This document shows, in pieces, positions 61,681-64,000 of a DNA stretch of 64,000 bases (the stretch's first letter is position 1; the number at the start of each line of letters is the position of its first letter). The stretch comes from Anaplasmataceae bacterium (GTDB taxonomy: Bacteria > Pseudomonadota > Alphaproteobacteria > Rickettsiales > Anaplasmataceae), in NCBI GenBank assembly GCA_965216745.1, contig OZ244191.1:50731-114730 (forward strand), read 5' to 3'. The position numbers and the translations under genes are program-made. The notes below the pieces were generated by a model, which was not told the origin of the DNA, made no database searches, and worked only from the letters and a program-made list of their open reading frames with translations.

Positions 61681-63129
61681 TCATCCAACAGATTCTCCCT
61701 CAAGACTGATTCCCAAAAGAGCACGAGCTTCAACAGCAAATTCCATGGGCAAATTATTTAAGACTTCTTTGCAAAATCCCGCAACTATCACTACAATAGC
61801 ATCTTCTTCTGACAAACCTCTTTGCTTACAATAATATAGCTGATCTTCGCTCACCTTTGAAGTTGAAGCTTCATGCTCTAATAAAGCAGTACTATTTTTT
61901 GACTCTATGTATGGTATAGTACTAGCACAAGAACTTTTTCCAATCAGCAGAGAGTCACATTGGGTGTAATTGCGCGCATTTATGGCATTGGATTGAACCC
62001 TAACAAGACCTCTATAAGAATTGGAACTTTTTCCAGCAGATATGCCTTTCGATATTATCGTGCTCTTAGTGTTTTTTCCAATATGAATCATCTTCGTTCC
62101 GGTATCAGCTTTTTGCTTGTTATTTGTCAATGCAACAGAAAAAAATTCTCCTATAGAATTATCTCCTTGTAATATGCAGCTTGGATATTTCCAGGTAATA
62201 GATGATCCTGTTTCCAGCTGTATCCAAGAAACCTTAGAAGATTTTCCTCGACAAGCTGCTCTTTTCGTGACGAAATTATATATACCACCATTCCCATCCT
62301 TGTCTCCAGGATACCAATTTTGAACAGTAGAATATTTTATTGTAGAGTTATCCAAAGCAACTAACTCAACAACTGCTGCATGTAGCTGATTCTCTTTTCT
62401 CATTGGAGCAGTGCATCCCTCAAGGTAGCTAACATAACTATCTGTATCAGCAATTATAAGAGTTCTTTCGAACTGACCTGTGTTCATTTCATTGATTCTG
62501 AAATAAGTAGATAGATCCATAGGGCATTCCACTCCAGGAGGTATATATACAAAAGACCCATCGCTAAAGACAGCAGCATTAAGAGATGCAAAAAAATTAT
62601 CCGTATAAGGAACTACTGAACCTAGATATTTTTTGACCAAATCTGGATGCTTGACAATAGCTTCTGATATAGAGCAAAAAATCACACCCATTTCTTCTAA
62701 TTTATCCTTATAAGTACTACCCAGAGAAACGCTATCAAACACAAAATCAACAGCGACACCGGAAAGCTTTTCTTGCTCCTTAGTTGATATTCCTAGTTTT
62801 TTATAAGCTTCAAGTATTTTAGGATCTACATCTTCTAGAGACTTGGGAGAATCATTTTTTTTGGGTGAAGCATAATAATAAATATCTGAATAATCTATAT
62901 GATCATAATCAAGACCGGCCCAATCAGGCTCTGACTGTAACTTCCAAGCATTATATGCTTTCATTCTATATTCAAGCATCCATGATGGTTCTTTTTTTTT
63001 AGCAGATATGAATTCTATAATCTCCTCATCTATACCTTTTTTTGGTGGTAATTCGGATTCAATGTCAGTATAAAAACCATATTTATATTCTCTCAAGCCT
63101 TTTTCCCGAATAATGTCTCTAACGGACAT
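61681..63129 (-). CDS. sufB: Fe-S cluster assembly protein SufB
   Basis: Segments [21 protein letters not shown] and [26 protein letters not shown]. 482 aa. Confidence 0.95.
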   Translation of the reverse strand: MSVRDIIREKGLREYKYGFYTDIESELPPKKGIDEEIIEFISAKKKEPSWMLEYRMKAYNAWKLQSEPDWAGLDYDHIDYSDIYYYASPKKNDSPKSLEDVDPKILEAYKKLGISTKEQEKLSGVAVDFVFDSVSLGSTYKDKLEEMGVIFCSISEAIVKHPDLVKKYLGSVVPYTDNFFASLNAAVFSDGSFVYIPPGVECPMDLSTYFRINEMNTGQFERTLIIADTDSYVSYLEGCTAPMRKENQLHAAVVELVALDNSTIKYSTVQNWYPGDKDGNGGIYNFVTKRAACRGKSSKVSWIQLETGSSITWKYPSCILQGDNSIGEFFSVALTNNKQKADTGTKMIHIGKNTKSTIISKGISAGKSSNSYRGLVRVQSNAINARNYTQCDSLLIGKSSCASTIPYIESKNSTALLEHEASTSKVSEDQLYYCKQRGLSEEDAIVVIVAGFCKEVLNNLPMEFAVEARALLGISLEGESVG

Positions 63130-63251
63130 AGCACCACCACTACAATATAAAAGAAAATTGTATCACTTTAAGTAACAACAATCTAGAATATAATTAATAC
63201 AGAAAAAGATTCACGCAAACAATTACTAATATTTGCATGCAAGGAAAATCA

Positions 63252-64000
63252 TTATTTTTCTTTATAGGTATCTTTTTCTTGATCCAACTCATCTTCTTCA
63301 GTGTCATCTACATCGTCAAATGCATCATCATCTTCTTCTTCAGTGTCATCATCCTCATCAAAGTCACTATCATCTTCTTCAGTATCATCATCCTCATCAA
63401 AGTCACTATCATCTTCTTCAGTATCATCATCCTCATCAAAGTCACTATCATCTTCTTCAGTATCATCATCCTCATCAAAGTCACTATCATCTTCTTCAGT
63501 GTCATCTTCTTCAGCAAACACCTTTTCTTTATCTTTCTGGACATAGTCTGATATATCATCTGTTTCTTTATCAGATTCTTTCAAACTAACATCTTCATCT
63601 AAAACATCGTCAGCATCAGAATCAACATTATCTATTTCAGGGGCCTTGTTTTCTTCTAATTCTTTTTGCTTTCTCTCAAGCTTTTTAGCTTCAGCAAATT
63701 TTTGGGGATCAAAAGGTTCTTGAGTTGGTATAAAAATTGGGTCAATGATTTTTTTTGTAAAAGACTTGTCCTCAAAGAACTTGATTTTTTTCGATTTTAT
63801 TGGTGCAGTAGACTCTATAAGTAAAATCTGTTCGTCTCGAGGCAACATTATCACCTCTTGCGGAAGAAGTAATGCTCTTTGAGTGTCTGAAATGTGAAGC
63901 GATCGTGCTCCTGGATTCAAGTCCATAAACTTAGGTCTATTCAACGATTCTTGTTTGACAGTTTTATTTCCTATAAGCTGTGATATAAGATTCGCAGTAT
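63252..64000 (-). CDS. virD4: Type IV secretion coupling protein VirD4/TraG, 3' part (gene continues beyond the window edge) with an acidic repeat tail
   Basis: The frame is open to position 64000. The segment ...ISQLIGNKTVKQES.......RALLLPQEVIMLPRDEQILLIESTAPIKSKKIKFFEDKSF fits the conserved VirD4/TraG C-terminal pattern. About 150 aa of D/E-rich sequence follow. Confidence 0.7.
   Translation of the reverse strand, partial: TANLISQLIGNKTVKQESLNRPKFMDLNPGARSLHISDTQRALLLPQEVIMLPRDEQILLIESTAPIKSKKIKFFEDKSFTKKIIDPIFIPTQEPFDPQKFAEAKKLERKQKELEENKAPEIDNVDSDADDVLDEDVSLKESDKETDDISDYVQKDKEKVFAEEDDTEEDDSDFDEDDDTEEDDSDFDEDDDTEEDDSDFDEDDDTEEDDSDFDEDDDTEEEDDDAFDDVDDTEEDELDQEKDTYKEK
63343..63498. repeat. 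Tandem 39-bp repeat, 4 copies plus a partial fifth, in frame inside the virD4 tail (unit DDTEEDDSDFDED)
   Basis: The unit gt(a/g)tcatcatcctcatcaaagtcactatcatcttcttca recurs at 63343, 63382, 63421 and 63460. Confidence 0.9.

Noticed and set aside
63233-63589. Three plus-strand repeat ORFs (His/Leu-rich, Ile/Phe-rich and Ser-rich) and one minus-strand ORF overlapping the virD4 tail
   Set aside because: They are alternative-frame or antisense readings of the 39-bp acidic repeat. The frame continuous with the conserved VirD4 C-terminal block is the D/E-rich one.

Overview
This is an AT-rich window (roughly one-third G+C by eye, not counted). It is gene-dense and uses the standard genetic code. 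It reads like the chromosome of a reduced alphaproteobacterial, Rickettsiales-like endosymbiont; the taxon is an inference from gene content and order, not a database hit. I support about 47 protein genes, 3 tRNAs, 1 frameshifted gene, 2 coding tandem repeats and 2 intrinsic terminators. Most of the window is housekeeping. The largest block is the classical tRNA-Tyr/tRNA-Gly/tuf/tRNA-Trp/secE/nusG/rplKAJL/rpoBC cluster on the minus strand (37.9-50.7 kb). The other recognisable genes are alaS, cysS, guaA, pnp/rpsO, lepA, lipA, mnmA, sufB, prs, pccA, maeB, pdhB, nadK, ispA, lnt, fdxA, holB, comEC, an RND pump and a NifU-type scaffold. Lifestyle markers are the 3' part of a virD4 type IV coupling-protein gene at the right edge, and two flagellar export genes (flhB and a FliK-like gene) embedded between metabolic genes. 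I found no transposases, IS elements, CRISPR arrays or rRNA. I do not see a convincing multi-gene novel system. The best leads are: (1) an RlmB-type methyltransferase gene split by a frameshift exactly in an A9 run; (2) a degenerate TrpD-fold gene packed 9 nt behind the FliK-like gene; (3) a near-perfect 204-bp tandem repeat that forms an orphan ORF; (4) an acidic 39-bp repeat tail on VirD4; (5) Lnt with Ser in place of its nucleophilic Cys; (6) orphan membrane or secreted proteins flanked by unusually long ORF-free DNA, including a GxSxG hydrolase, a Lys-rich protein and an 895-aa TPR-like protein. All homology calls come from reading motifs in the supplied translations. No searches were run.
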